A stretch of DNA of 35,788 nucleotides from Candidatus Campbellbacteria bacterium CG22_combo_CG10-13_8_21_14_all_36_13 (GCA_002771585.1 PCTT01000027.1:1-35788), one strand, 5' to 3'; positions 1 through 8,956 are shown, counted from the first letter of the stretch. The notes: a model not told the origin generated them from the letters alone. Made by a program: numbers and translations.

Positions 1-40
1 AAAAAGAACAGATTTTATATCGGTTCTTTTTGTATATCAA

Positions 41-175
41 GTGCTATCCTCGGCAGGAATCGAAAGCCGGAAGCGCGCCTCCTGTGGAGGATGAAGCGCT
101 GAGGCGGGGTCGCGAGCACTTAGTATTTTGGGAATGAAATGAACCAAAATACTTAGTGACTTGTGGCCAATTCCT
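41..175 (+). repeat. tRNA-3'-associated structured element, copy 1 (its tRNA probably lies just upstream of the window)
   Basis: Follows a hairpin at 1-31. Begins with the reverse complement of a tRNA-like T-arm/acceptor end (CCTCGGCAGGAATCGAA), then GC-rich stems and GTATTTTGG-loop-CCAAAATAC. Same layout as 1977-2100 on the minus strand. Confidence 0.6.
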
Positions 176-199
176 TATAAAAATACCCCAAACCCAACC

Positions 200-1864
200 A
201 TGAACCAACAACCTCCACAAACAGAACAAATTAAAACTCCTAAAAAACCAAAAGACTGGAGCAATTTAATATTCTTTGGTATTTGCATAATAGTTGTGCT
301 TATTCTCTACGGCACAACAATCACGGGTGATTTTGTTTTTGATGATCGTGGAATTATTGAACATCAAGAAATGCTCTCAAACATTCAATCACTAGACGAA
401 GTAGCACTATACCCGTATTGGACAGAATCAGCTGGTTTATATAGACCGACAACACTAATTAGCTATGCATTAAATGCTATAGTTTTTGGCATATCACCAA
501 TAAGTTTTCATATTATTAATCTGCTTTTATATGCATTGACGGGATTCTTATTGTATTTGTTAATTAAAAAATTATCAAAAAACAAAAATTTAGCTGGTAT
601 CACAAGTATTATCTTCTTAATAATGCCAATACACAGCGAGGTTGTAGGAAACATAATAGGAAGAGCCGAAATATTTGCACTTTTATTTTCTTTATTAGTA
701 TTATTGTCTTTATTAAAAAAATATCATATATCAAAACAGATAAAAATTTTCCGTTATTGGCCAATGTTTTTCTGGATACTCCTTGCGATGGGATCCAAAG
801 AAGTTGCAATAGCAATAGCTCCAATAGCAATATTAATGGTCTACAGTGTAGAAAAAAACTTTTGGTCAAAAGAGACTTTAAAAAAATATTTGCCAGCTGG
901 TCTATGGACGGGTTTGGGGCTAGCAACATATTTCGTACTTAGACTTATTGTTTTGGGACCACAGCATTTTCTGGGAGTAGAAACTTCAATTGTAGAAAAC
1001 CCATTAAAATTTACTTCTGCTGGAAACAGAATAACAACTGCGCTAAGCATATTAACAAAATACTTCCAAAAAAGTTTTATCCCAACTAATCTATGTTCTG
1101 ACTATTCATATAACCAAATACCTATACTGCATAATTTTTTTAATATCGGAACAATACTTGGTGCAATAATAGTCATATCATCCGCAATACTTACTATTAT
1201 CTACATACGCAAAAAACCCATTATATCCATCGCATCATCTTTTTTCTTTTTTGGATTTCTACCAACATCAAACATAGTGTTTGGAACTGGCACAATCATG
1301 GGAGAAAGGTTGGCATATTTTCCATCTGTTGGTTTGTCTATTTTATTTGGATATATAATCTTCCGAGTCACAAGAAAGCTCAAAAGATCTCACTTTTTGT
1401 ATCTTGTATTAATACTAATCACAGTTTGTTCAATATGGTATAGCGCTATAAGCTATTCACGAGGTAAAGTCTGGAAAAGCGAGAGAACTTTATTTGAATC
1501 AGCTGCAGAGTGTTCTCCAAACAGTGTATTATCAGTATCAAATCTTGGATCAATATATTACATTGAAGGTAATATACCAAAAGCCAAAGAGACTCTCATA
1601 AGGGCGAGGTCAATTTATGACGGATATACTAAGGGTATAAATAATCTTGGTCTTGTATACTGGAAAGAAGGAGACAATAAAAAAGCTCGCGAATTGTTTT
1701 TGGGGGCATTGGATGGAGAATTCCCCTACCCTGGTGCTTATGAAAACTTAGCTCTAGTAAGTATACAAGAAGGAAAACTTGATGAGGCAAGAGGCTGGTT
1801 GCTAAAATTATATTATGGAGATCCTGTTGCTGTAGAAAAATATCTACAAAACATAATTAGATAA
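200..1864 (+). CDS. TMTC-like (GT-C fold) membrane glycosyltransferase / O-mannosyltransferase with C-terminal TPR repeats
   Basis: Multi-TM ORF with FVFDD, YRP, HSEVV..I.GRAE, SKE, L.SDYS and ER..Y.PS motifs plus TPR-like C-terminus. ATG at 200 is preferred over the TTG at 161, which lies inside the repeat. Confidence 0.8.
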   Translation: MNQQPPQTEQIKTPKKPKDWSNLIFFGICIIVVLILYGTTITGDFVFDDRGIIEHQEMLSNIQSLDEVALYPYWTESAGLYRPTTLISYALNAIVFGISPISFHIINLLLYALTGFLLYLLIKKLSKNKNLAGITSIIFLIMPIHSEVVGNIIGRAEIFALLFSLLVLLSLLKKYHISKQIKIFRYWPMFFWILLAMGSKEVAIAIAPIAILMVYSVEKNFWSKETLKKYLPAGLWTGLGLATYFVLRLIVLGPQHFLGVETSIVENPLKFTSAGNRITTALSILTKYFQKSFIPTNLCSDYSYNQIPILHNFFNIGTILGAIIVISSAILTIIYIRKKPIISIASSFFFFGFLPTSNIVFGTGTIMGERLAYFPSVGLSILFGYIIFRVTRKLKRSHFLYLVLILITVCSIWYSAISYSRGKVWKSERTLFESAAECSPNSVLSVSNLGSIYYIEGNIPKAKETLIRARSIYDGYTKGINNLGLVYWKEGDNKKARELFLGALDGEFPYPGAYENLALVSIQEGKLDEARGWLLKLYYGDPVAVEKYLQNIIR

Positions 1865-1876
1865 AGTTTCATTTAG

Positions 1877-1978
1877 TGCGGGATACGGAAATCCCTGCCT
1901 GTCGACAGAAAGGGAACTTCGTGATTATTGCTTGGTCCCAGAACATTTTTGCTATCTTGTGCGAGTACCGAGAATCGG
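1877..1978 (-). pseudogene. Duplicated 3' portion of the nested tRNA-Gly locus (inner tRNA 3' end, insert end and a degenerate outer 3' half)
   Basis: 1931-1978 matches 2184-2231 at 47/48 nt. It ends in CGTATCCCGCA like the outer tRNA. The T-loop is interrupted by a 20-nt palindrome (1894-1913). Confidence 0.75.
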
Positions 1979-2100
1979 TCAGCTTCGCTCGATATTTTAG
2001 TTCACTTCGCTCCTAAAATATCTGAGCTACCCGACCCGCGCTCGGCGATACCGTGCTTCGCACAGGCTTCGCATCGCCTCGGTTCGATTCTCGTACCGCA
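1977..2100 (-). repeat. tRNA-3'-associated structured element, copy 2
   Basis: 2081-2100 is an inverted copy of the outer tRNA-Gly 3' end. It is followed by stems GGCGAT/ATCGCC and GATATTTTAG/CTAAAATATC, similar to 41-175. Confidence 0.7.
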
Positions 2101-2150
2101 GTCATCCACAACAAAACCCATGCTTCCGCATGAGTTTTGTGTATATGATG

Positions 2151-2371
2151 TGCGGGATACGAGAATCGAACTCGTGTCTCAACCTTGGTCCCAGAACATT
2201 TTTGCTATTTTGTGCGAGTACCGAGAATCGGACTCGGGTTTCAAGCTTGGGAAGCTTGCGTCATACCACTAAACTACACTCGCAAAAACGTACGGGATTC
2301 TCAAAAAATATTGTCGCATAGCTCCTTATTTTTTGGAAGAAGGTCACGTCATACCACTAAACTAATCCCGC
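2151..2371 (-). tRNA. Interrupted (outer) tRNA-Gly: 5' half 2339-2371, 3' half 2151-2188, 150-nt anticodon-loop insertion 2189-2338
   Basis: The joined halves give a 71-nt cloverleaf: acceptor GCGGGAT/ATCCCGC, D arm GTT..GAC, anticodon stem TGACC/GGTTG, T arm ACGAG-TTCGATT-CTCGT. Anticodon NCC (CCC or ACC depending on junction). Confidence 0.8.
2213..2283 (-). tRNA. tRNA-Gly(CCC), nested inside the outer tRNA-Gly insertion
   Basis: GCGAGTG/TACTCGC acceptor, CAAGC-TTCCCAA-GCTTG anticodon arm, CCGAG-TCCGATT-CTCGG T arm. No encoded CCA. Confidence 0.93.
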
Positions 2372-2745
2372 GTAAATATATTTTTTATCTTCTGCCAAAT
2401 ACCTTTTTTTTCGTTTACATTAATGTCCTCATCATTAGAAGTTTTTTCAACAACAACCATAACTCTCTCACCTTCTTTAGCAACATTAAACATATCGCGT
2501 ATCTCCATCTCTATCCCTTTTGGTGTAGCAAGTGATTTAAGTTTAGATTCAAGAAATTCTTTTCTATCCTGTATTTTATTAAACTCATTAGTTACAACCT
2601 CTAATGTTTCACTTGTGCTTTGTTCTTTTTCATAAAGATTAAGAACCGCCTTACCAGAAAAAAATATCATTATAATCAAAACAACCAAAGATGTCTTTGA
2701 GTATAAAAATTTTTCGTATGTTTTTCCACCCTTATCAAAAGACAT
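2362..2745 (-). CDS. FtsB/DivIC-like septum formation initiator
   Basis: Single N-terminal TM, coiled coil, and GIEMEIRDMFNVAKEGE resembling the DivIC E..AR..L.....GE motif. Confidence 0.75.
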   Translation of the reverse strand: MSFDKGGKTYEKFLYSKTSLVVLIIMIFFSGKAVLNLYEKEQSTSETLEVVTNEFNKIQDRKEFLESKLKSLATPKGIEMEIRDMFNVAKEGERVMVVVEKTSNDEDINVNEKKGIWQKIKNIFTRD

Positions 2746-2782
2746 GATATAATATATTATATCGCATTAAAATCTTAAAAAT

Positions 2783-2887
2783 ATGTTTAACAAGAAAACA
2801 AGAAAATCCCTAGAAATGGTGTGGAAAGTAATAGTTGCTATCATAATATTAAGTATGATTCTTCTATATACACCTATTTTCCTCTAG
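2783..2887 (+). CDS. Small single-TM protein (34 aa, MFNKKTRKSLEMVWKVIVAIIILSMILLYTPIFL)
   Basis: Hand-translated ORF below the track cutoff: basic N-terminus then a hydrophobic helix. Fills the gap between the FtsB-like gene and lepA. Confidence 0.55.
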   Translation: MFNKKTRKSLEMVWKVIVAIIILSMILLYTPIFL

Positions 2888-4674
2888 TTTGAATCTCTCA
2901 TAACCTTCATAAAGACTTCCTGTGGAATATTTGCCTTGGCAAATTCTTGCATTTTCTTCTTACCCTTCTTTTGTTTCTCCCTAAGCTTCATCTTTCTTGT
3001 AATATCACCACCGTATAGATAATCAGTAACATCTTTTTTCATAGCAGATATAGTCTTTGATGACATTATTCTGCCTTGTGCCATTGCTTGTATTTTTGTT
3101 TTTGTTAATTGTTTTGGTAGAAGTGTAAATAATTTTTCAACAATTTTCTTTGCTTCTTCTTCAGCTCTTCTACGAGACACAACTCTAGAAAAAGCAGGTA
3201 TTACATCCTCCGCAACCAATACCTCAAGCAAAACCACATCAGCCAAAGACCACTCATCATTTATTTCATAGGATAGTGAAGCATACCCTGAAGAAACACG
3301 CTTTATATCATCAAAAAAATTCCTCATAAGCTCACGAAGGGGCATCAGTATTGTAAATTCTGTACGACCGTCACCAAAAAGATGCGTGTCGACGATAGAT
3401 CCTTCATGATCATAAAGTATCTGTATTAGAGAATCTATATACTCTGCTGGAGTAATAAGCCTTATAGAAGTCCAGCGCTCTCTTATACTAGATATTTCAC
3501 CATATGGTGGAAAAAGTGCTGGTGAATAAACAAGTTTTGTATTGTTTTTTTTGTCAGTTACCTCATACGTAATACTTGGGGTAGTAACAACTAAATCAAT
3601 ATTAAATTCCCTTCTTAATCTTTCTGTAATTATCTCTAGATGCAACATGCCAAGAAAACCACACCTAAAACCACGACCAAGCACACCACTAGACTCCTCC
3701 TCAAATGAAAGTGAACCATCAGAAAGCTTTAGTCTCTCCAATGACTGTCTTAATACCGTAAAATCATCCTGGCTCTCTGGGAAAACACTAGCCCATATAA
3801 CTGGTTTAGGGTCCTGATATCCTGGAAGAGCATCTGTATTTTTATTACTCAAAACAATAGTATCACCCACCCTTGCAATACCAGGCTCTTTTATACCAGT
3901 AACAATATATCCAATCTGGCCATTTGATAATAAATCAGTGGGGGTCTCCTCTGGCCTAAAAATACCCACTTCACTTGCAACGAATGATTTGCCAGCAATT
4001 TTAAATGAAAGGCTTGAGCCTTTTTTAACCTCACCCTCTACTATCCTTGTATAAACCACAACACCGCGGTGATTTGAATATTCAAAATCAAAAACAAGCG
4101 CCCTTAGATCTTCTTCTGGTTTTTGTTTTGGTGGCGGAACCTTATCTATAATAGAATCTATCAAAAGAGTAACTCCTTCTCCTGTTTTACCAGACGTACA
4201 AATGACATCATTTTTCTCACAACCCGTAACTTCTATTATTTCCTCTATAACATCATCAACCCTAGCTATAGGAGAATCTATCTTTGACAGAACTGGTATT
4301 ATCTTTAAACCAATTTTTTTTGCCATATCAAGCGTTGTGAATGTTTGGGCTTGAACCCCTTGTGTTGCATCAACAAGCAATATCGCACCCTCCACAGCCT
4401 TGAGCGCACGCGACACTTCATAAGAAAAATCTATATGGCCTGGCGTGTCAATAAGATTAAGTTTATATTTGATACCATCTTTCTGATAATCCATTGTAAC
4501 GGGCGCCATTTTTATTGTAATTCCCCTCTCTCGTTCAAGTTCCATCTTATCAAGAACCTGTGCTTTCATTTTTCTTTTTTCTATGGTGCCAGTAACCTCG
4601 AGCATTCTATCTGCTAGAGTAGATTTACCATGGTCAATATGTGCAATAATGCTAAAGTTTCTTATGTTGTTCAT
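2884..4674 (-). CDS. lepA: Elongation factor 4 (LepA)
   Basis: IRNFSIIAHIDHGKSTLADR, DTPGH, GFRCGFLGMLH and YGGDITRKMKL motifs. Confidence 0.98.
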   Translation of the reverse strand: MNNIRNFSIIAHIDHGKSTLADRMLEVTGTIEKRKMKAQVLDKMELERERGITIKMAPVTMDYQKDGIKYKLNLIDTPGHIDFSYEVSRALKAVEGAILLVDATQGVQAQTFTTLDMAKKIGLKIIPVLSKIDSPIARVDDVIEEIIEVTGCEKNDVICTSGKTGEGVTLLIDSIIDKVPPPKQKPEEDLRALVFDFEYSNHRGVVVYTRIVEGEVKKGSSLSFKIAGKSFVASEVGIFRPEETPTDLLSNGQIGYIVTGIKEPGIARVGDTIVLSNKNTDALPGYQDPKPVIWASVFPESQDDFTVLRQSLERLKLSDGSLSFEEESSGVLGRGFRCGFLGMLHLEIITERLRREFNIDLVVTTPSITYEVTDKKNNTKLVYSPALFPPYGEISSIRERWTSIRLITPAEYIDSLIQILYDHEGSIVDTHLFGDGRTEFTILMPLRELMRNFFDDIKRVSSGYASLSYEINDEWSLADVVLLEVLVAEDVIPAFSRVVSRRRAEEEAKKIVEKLFTLLPKQLTKTKIQAMAQGRIMSSKTISAMKKDVTDYLYGGDITRKMKLREKQKKGKKKMQEFAKANIPQEVFMKVMRDSN

Positions 4675-4688
4675 AAAATAATCTCAAT

Positions 4689-4793
4689 CTATATTGTAAT
4701 GAGTCTCGCCCCGTAGTGAACCGAGCTTGTCGAGGTTCTACTACCGGGGTGGTCAATATGGGCAATAATGCTAAAGTTTCTGATGTTGTTCAT
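4689..4793 (-). pseudogene. Duplicated lepA 5' fragment (15 codons) followed by a palindromic insertion
   Basis: Translates MNNIRNFSIIAHIDH-PGSRTSTSSVHYGARLITI*. The first 15 aa are identical to LepA with three synonymous nucleotide differences. Confidence 0.8.
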
Positions 4794-4855
4794 AAAATTT
4801 TATTCTATTAAGCATTACAGAATCATACCAGAATTAAAATATCACACAAAGAAAA

Positions 4856-6538
4856 TTAGAGCTCGGACTGTTCTGGTAAAAATATTGCTGGTTTTGTATA
4901 TTTTTTCCTAAATGCGCCTATCACTTCTATAACTTCAGTATTCCTTAATAAGATTAATAACAAAACCCCAAAAACAATACCAAAGAGACCGGCAAAAAGA
5001 CCTTGTGAAAATATACCAATCACTGTCCTTATATCAAATAGATCGTCAAAAATGCCCAATGCTTTATATGTAGCAAAACCGACTATGATAGATGTATACA
5101 ATGATTGCCTTGCAGAAACCCAAAAACCATAAGAAAATTTGCCAAAATCCTTAAAGAAATATCTTGATATAAGTATCATATTTAATATTGTTCCTATAGA
5201 AAAAGATAGTGGCAAAAACAACATATTACTACCATAAATACCTTCTACCTTTAAGAGCGACTCTATAAAAAATAGTAACGGCTGTACAGTGGTATCAAAT
5301 GCTAAAAGCATCATGGCCAAAACTACCGTTGTAGAACCAGATATTACAGCAAAAATCAAAGGTTTCTTTGTATCACCTGTTGCATAATATCCTCTTACAA
5401 ATAAAAGTATTAGTGACTGTGCAAAAACAGAAATAGAAAATATTGCGACGGTTGCAGCAGTGAGTCTTGTGGCAGACCAAGTAAATTCACCGCTCCCTAG
5501 TATTGTCCTTACTATTTGAGCACGTAATACAATAAAAAGAGTTAAAACTGGCAAAGACCAAAATACTATATGTCTTGCCGCCGCCTCAATCTTTTCGATA
5601 AACTCATTTTTTTCACCTTTAACAAATAATTCAGAAAGCATTGGAAAAGCGGCAAGAGAATAGCTCACACCTATTATCCCGAGGGGAACTGATTGAAGGT
5701 TAAATGCTAAGTTAAATATTGTTATTGTTCCTTCTCTAAGTAAAGAAGCAAAGCCGAGCAAAAACAAAATTACAATACTTGTTATAGACAAGGTAAAAGA
5801 TCGTGGAATAGATGGTAATATAACATTTTTAACAGATTTCCAATCAATAGATGTTGTTATTTTGGGCAGCATTTTCTTTTCAGAAACAGCAAAGGACTGT
5901 ATGAACATATGCAAAAATGCACCGAATACAACCCCAACCCCGAGACCTAAAATACCCAACATCGGATACAATAGAGTAATTCCCATGATTATTCCAACAT
6001 TATAAAGAATAGGGGCCATTGCATACACAAAAAACCTTTTATACGCCTGCACAATACCAGCAAACAGACTGGATATGCCTAGCAAAAGCGGAGACAATAA
6101 AAACACTCTGGTGAGTAAGACAAGGTCAGAGAAAGACTCTAAACCAACAAACCCCGGGAAAAGTATTTTCAATATATACGGACTTACAAAAAAGGCTATA
6201 ATACAAACAGCTACTATAGATATGAGGAAAAAAGTAAATATAGAATCAATAAACTTTTTGGATTTTTCATAACCAATATTCATTTGCTGAATCAGAATTG
6301 GAACAATAACTGATATCGATACAATTGAACCGGCAATAATCAAAATCAAGTCTGGTAATCTAAAGGCGGCATAATACAGATCAAGAGTCTCTCCTGCCCC
6401 AAAAGAGTGTGCCAAAAGTCTATCTCTAACCAAACCAAGAATCTGAGAAATGAGCGTGAACAACGCCAAGACATAGGCGGCCTTATGCAAGCCGCCAGTC
6501 TCTTTGTTGATAAATGAAAATATTTTTCGAGCAATCAT
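4856..6538 (-). CDS. murJ: Lipid II flippase MurJ (MviN)
   Basis: SQILGLVRDRLLAHSFGAG..LD.Y.AAFRLPD N-terminal signature and about 14 TM helices. Confidence 0.92.
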   Translation of the reverse strand: MIARKIFSFINKETGGLHKAAYVLALFTLISQILGLVRDRLLAHSFGAGETLDLYYAAFRLPDLILIIAGSIVSISVIVPILIQQMNIGYEKSKKFIDSIFTFFLISIVAVCIIAFFVSPYILKILFPGFVGLESFSDLVLLTRVFLLSPLLLGISSLFAGIVQAYKRFFVYAMAPILYNVGIIMGITLLYPMLGILGLGVGVVFGAFLHMFIQSFAVSEKKMLPKITTSIDWKSVKNVILPSIPRSFTLSITSIVILFLLGFASLLREGTITIFNLAFNLQSVPLGIIGVSYSLAAFPMLSELFVKGEKNEFIEKIEAAARHIVFWSLPVLTLFIVLRAQIVRTILGSGEFTWSATRLTAATVAIFSISVFAQSLILLFVRGYYATGDTKKPLIFAVISGSTTVVLAMMLLAFDTTVQPLLFFIESLLKVEGIYGSNMLFLPLSFSIGTILNMILISRYFFKDFGKFSYGFWVSARQSLYTSIIVGFATYKALGIFDDLFDIRTVIGIFSQGLFAGLFGIVFGVLLLILLRNTEVIEVIGAFRKKYTKPAIFLPEQSEL

Positions 6539-6550
6539 GCCAAGAAAATA

Positions 6551-8956
6551 TTATTCAGTTGGTGTTTTTACTGTCTCAGAAATAGGTAAAGTATCCCTTG
6601 ATTCAGGACTTTCATCTATTGGTGGTTTAGCACCATCAAATGGATCCTTACCTGCTTTTAGATTATCTAGAATAAGTTTAACTTCTGTGTTGTCTGGGTT
6701 TAGAGCAGCAACTTCCTCAAATTGCTTTATCGATTCTGTAACTTTATTTTCATAATAATAACTCAAACCAAGGAAATATTTTGCATTCGAGTAATTAGGA
6801 GAAAGTTCAACAGCTCTTTCGAATGAAGGAATAGCTTCTGCATATTTTTTCTCGTTATAGTGCAACAAACCAAGCTGGAAAAATACAGTAGGGTCATTTG
6901 GTGCAATAGTTGCGGCTGCTTGTGTGGATTTGATTGCAGCTTCTATGTTGCCTTCAGCTATTTCTATTTGTGACAAAAAGAATACTGCCTCTGTATAATT
7001 ACTCTTCTCTTCTAATGCTTTTATAACATACCCACGAGCCGCCTCATTATCCTCATGTGCTGCCTCTACCCTAGCAAGAGTTAGATAAAGAAGCGGACTA
7101 TGTGGATTAAGTTCAATAGCTTTTGAATACGCAGAAATCGCACTGTCATACGCGCCGTCAACCTTTAGAGAAACTAGTGAACCATATATGTCTCCTAGGG
7201 TTGACCAGTTTTCATAATTTCTATTATCGTAACTTGTTGCAGCGGTTGCGTTTGTTATTGCATCTGCTAAAACACTTTGAAACTGTGCACGAGCCTCGTC
7301 TTGAGGAAGCTCTGTGTTTGATAGAATCTCATTCAATCTAGCCACATTAAGTCGCGCCATTGATCTATAGTAAAGATCGCTTTCATTCCACCTTATAGCA
7401 TTTTGTAATTTCTTCTCCGCCAAATCAGCATCATTGTTTGTATTAAAGGCAAAAAGCGCTTTTTGGAAGTTTATAAATGAAATATATTTCTTTGTATAAA
7501 CATAACCAAGTGTAGTCGTTCCTATAATTGCCACAACAATCAAGAATACAGATACAAATCCCATTTTGGGGTTTTGTATAAAACTAACACGAATTGTCTT
7601 AATTTTGCCAGAGATGATTTGTGACGCCACAAACACACCAGAAAACAGAAAAGCTAAAACTAATATCGTAACGTTTGGTAAATATATAACAGCAAAAACC
7701 CACAGGAAGAGTGCGGAAAGGAAAGAAGATAAAGAAATATACCTACTTACCAAATCTTCTGTACCAGATGACAAAATACCCCTAATTCCATAAAACAAAA
7801 GCAACCCAAGAAATGCTAGCCATGACAAAAATCCTACGATTCCAGTGGTTGTTAGTGTTGATGGAATAAACCCAATACCAGAGTTAAAGTTTGTATTCCA
7901 GAAAACGGTACTATTAATTCCTGCTGGTTTATTTTGTAGCCACTCTATCCCAAACCTGTTTGGCCCTGCACCAAATAATAGATCACTCTTTATTGCGCTA
8001 CTACCAATATCGAATGTAGCACCCCAAGATGGACGAACCTCTACTTGAGATATGTTTAATTTAGTGTTAACAAATGTACCAATTGTTCCGCTAAATAGGA
8101 CAAAAACTATTGCCAAAACAAATACAATGGAAGATGGTACTGATAAAAATTTTTTAATTGACCATTCAGAAGAATTTTCTGCCGTATCGCCCATGTTTCT
8201 AAATAAAACCTTATAGACGAAGAAAAACATTCCCGATATACCAAGCATCACCCAAATTGCTGTGAAGTTTATAACTGCTGTAAATACTAACGATAAAACA
8301 AGACCAATGTATAAGAATATTCTTATCATTCCCTTTGGCTTTAAAAGCTCTAAAGTTGAAAGGAATAAAAGAGAAAACAATCCAAAAAATACACCAAGGT
8401 CGTTCCACTTACCAACCAGATTTGATGTTGAGTCTGAAAGCAATCCTCCAAAAGAGAGAAACCCGGGTCCAAAAATAAGTCTTAGTAATTGAAATAGAGA
8501 AACTATTACAAATGAAGCGAACAATGCGAAATATATTTTTATTAGCTTTGTGTTCTCTCTAAAGAAAACAGGAACTAAGAAAAATAATAAAAAGAGCATT
8601 AATATACCCACAAACGTATCAATTTCATAGCCCTGGCCGATTATGGATATCTTTGTTACGCCAGAAAACAATGACGCTAGAAGATATGAAATTGGCACAG
8701 CTATTGCAGAAAAAAATAAATATCCTTTCGGAATTTCTAACTTACCTTCTTTTAGTCTAGAAATAAGCCAGAGCAAAAGAGGCACCACTGACGCGATTGC
8801 AAGCAACATTACCTTTGTAAAGGTAAATGAGAAAACTTTCGAAGGAATAAAAAAGAACGGCAAAAAAGCCACCACAAAGAGTATTACCCATGTGGAAATT
8901 GTGCTAAGCACAGAACGAGAGCTTGTTGAAACGCTCGTGGTATTTATATTTTCCAT
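6551..8956 (-). CDS. Multi-TM membrane protein (O-antigen ligase-like region) with C-terminal TPR repeats
   Basis: About 12-13 hydrophobic segments, LFGAGPNRF motif, repeated A..L.P.Y..A TPR units. Confidence 0.7.
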   Translation of the reverse strand: MENINTTSVSTSSRSVLSTISTWVILFVVAFLPFFFIPSKVFSFTFTKVMLLAIASVVPLLLWLISRLKEGKLEIPKGYLFFSAIAVPISYLLASLFSGVTKISIIGQGYEIDTFVGILMLFLLFFLVPVFFRENTKLIKIYFALFASFVIVSLFQLLRLIFGPGFLSFGGLLSDSTSNLVGKWNDLGVFFGLFSLLFLSTLELLKPKGMIRIFLYIGLVLSLVFTAVINFTAIWVMLGISGMFFFVYKVLFRNMGDTAENSSEWSIKKFLSVPSSIVFVLAIVFVLFSGTIGTFVNTKLNISQVEVRPSWGATFDIGSSAIKSDLLFGAGPNRFGIEWLQNKPAGINSTVFWNTNFNSGIGFIPSTLTTTGIVGFLSWLAFLGLLLFYGIRGILSSGTEDLVSRYISLSSFLSALFLWVFAVIYLPNVTILVLAFLFSGVFVASQIISGKIKTIRVSFIQNPKMGFVSVFLIVVAIIGTTTLGYVYTKKYISFINFQKALFAFNTNNDADLAEKKLQNAIRWNESDLYYRSMARLNVARLNEILSNTELPQDEARAQFQSVLADAITNATAATSYDNRNYENWSTLGDIYGSLVSLKVDGAYDSAISAYSKAIELNPHSPLLYLTLARVEAAHEDNEAARGYVIKALEEKSNYTEAVFFLSQIEIAEGNIEAAIKSTQAAATIAPNDPTVFFQLGLLHYNEKKYAEAIPSFERAVELSPNYSNAKYFLGLSYYYENKVTESIKQFEEVAALNPDNTEVKLILDNLKAGKDPFDGAKPPIDESPESRDTLPISETVKTPTE

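Noticed and set aside
2189..2338. Classical group I intron or archaeal BHB intron in tRNA-Gly
   Set aside because: Only 79 nt remain outside the cargo tRNA, no P7/catalytic core is visible and there is no canonical 3-4-3 bulge-helix-bulge. Only splice-site-like features were kept, as a hypothesis.
1928..2535. ORFs 1928-2272, 2130-2321 and 2185-2535
   Set aside because: They are antisense to tRNAs, structured repeats and the FtsB-like gene, with no protein-like features.
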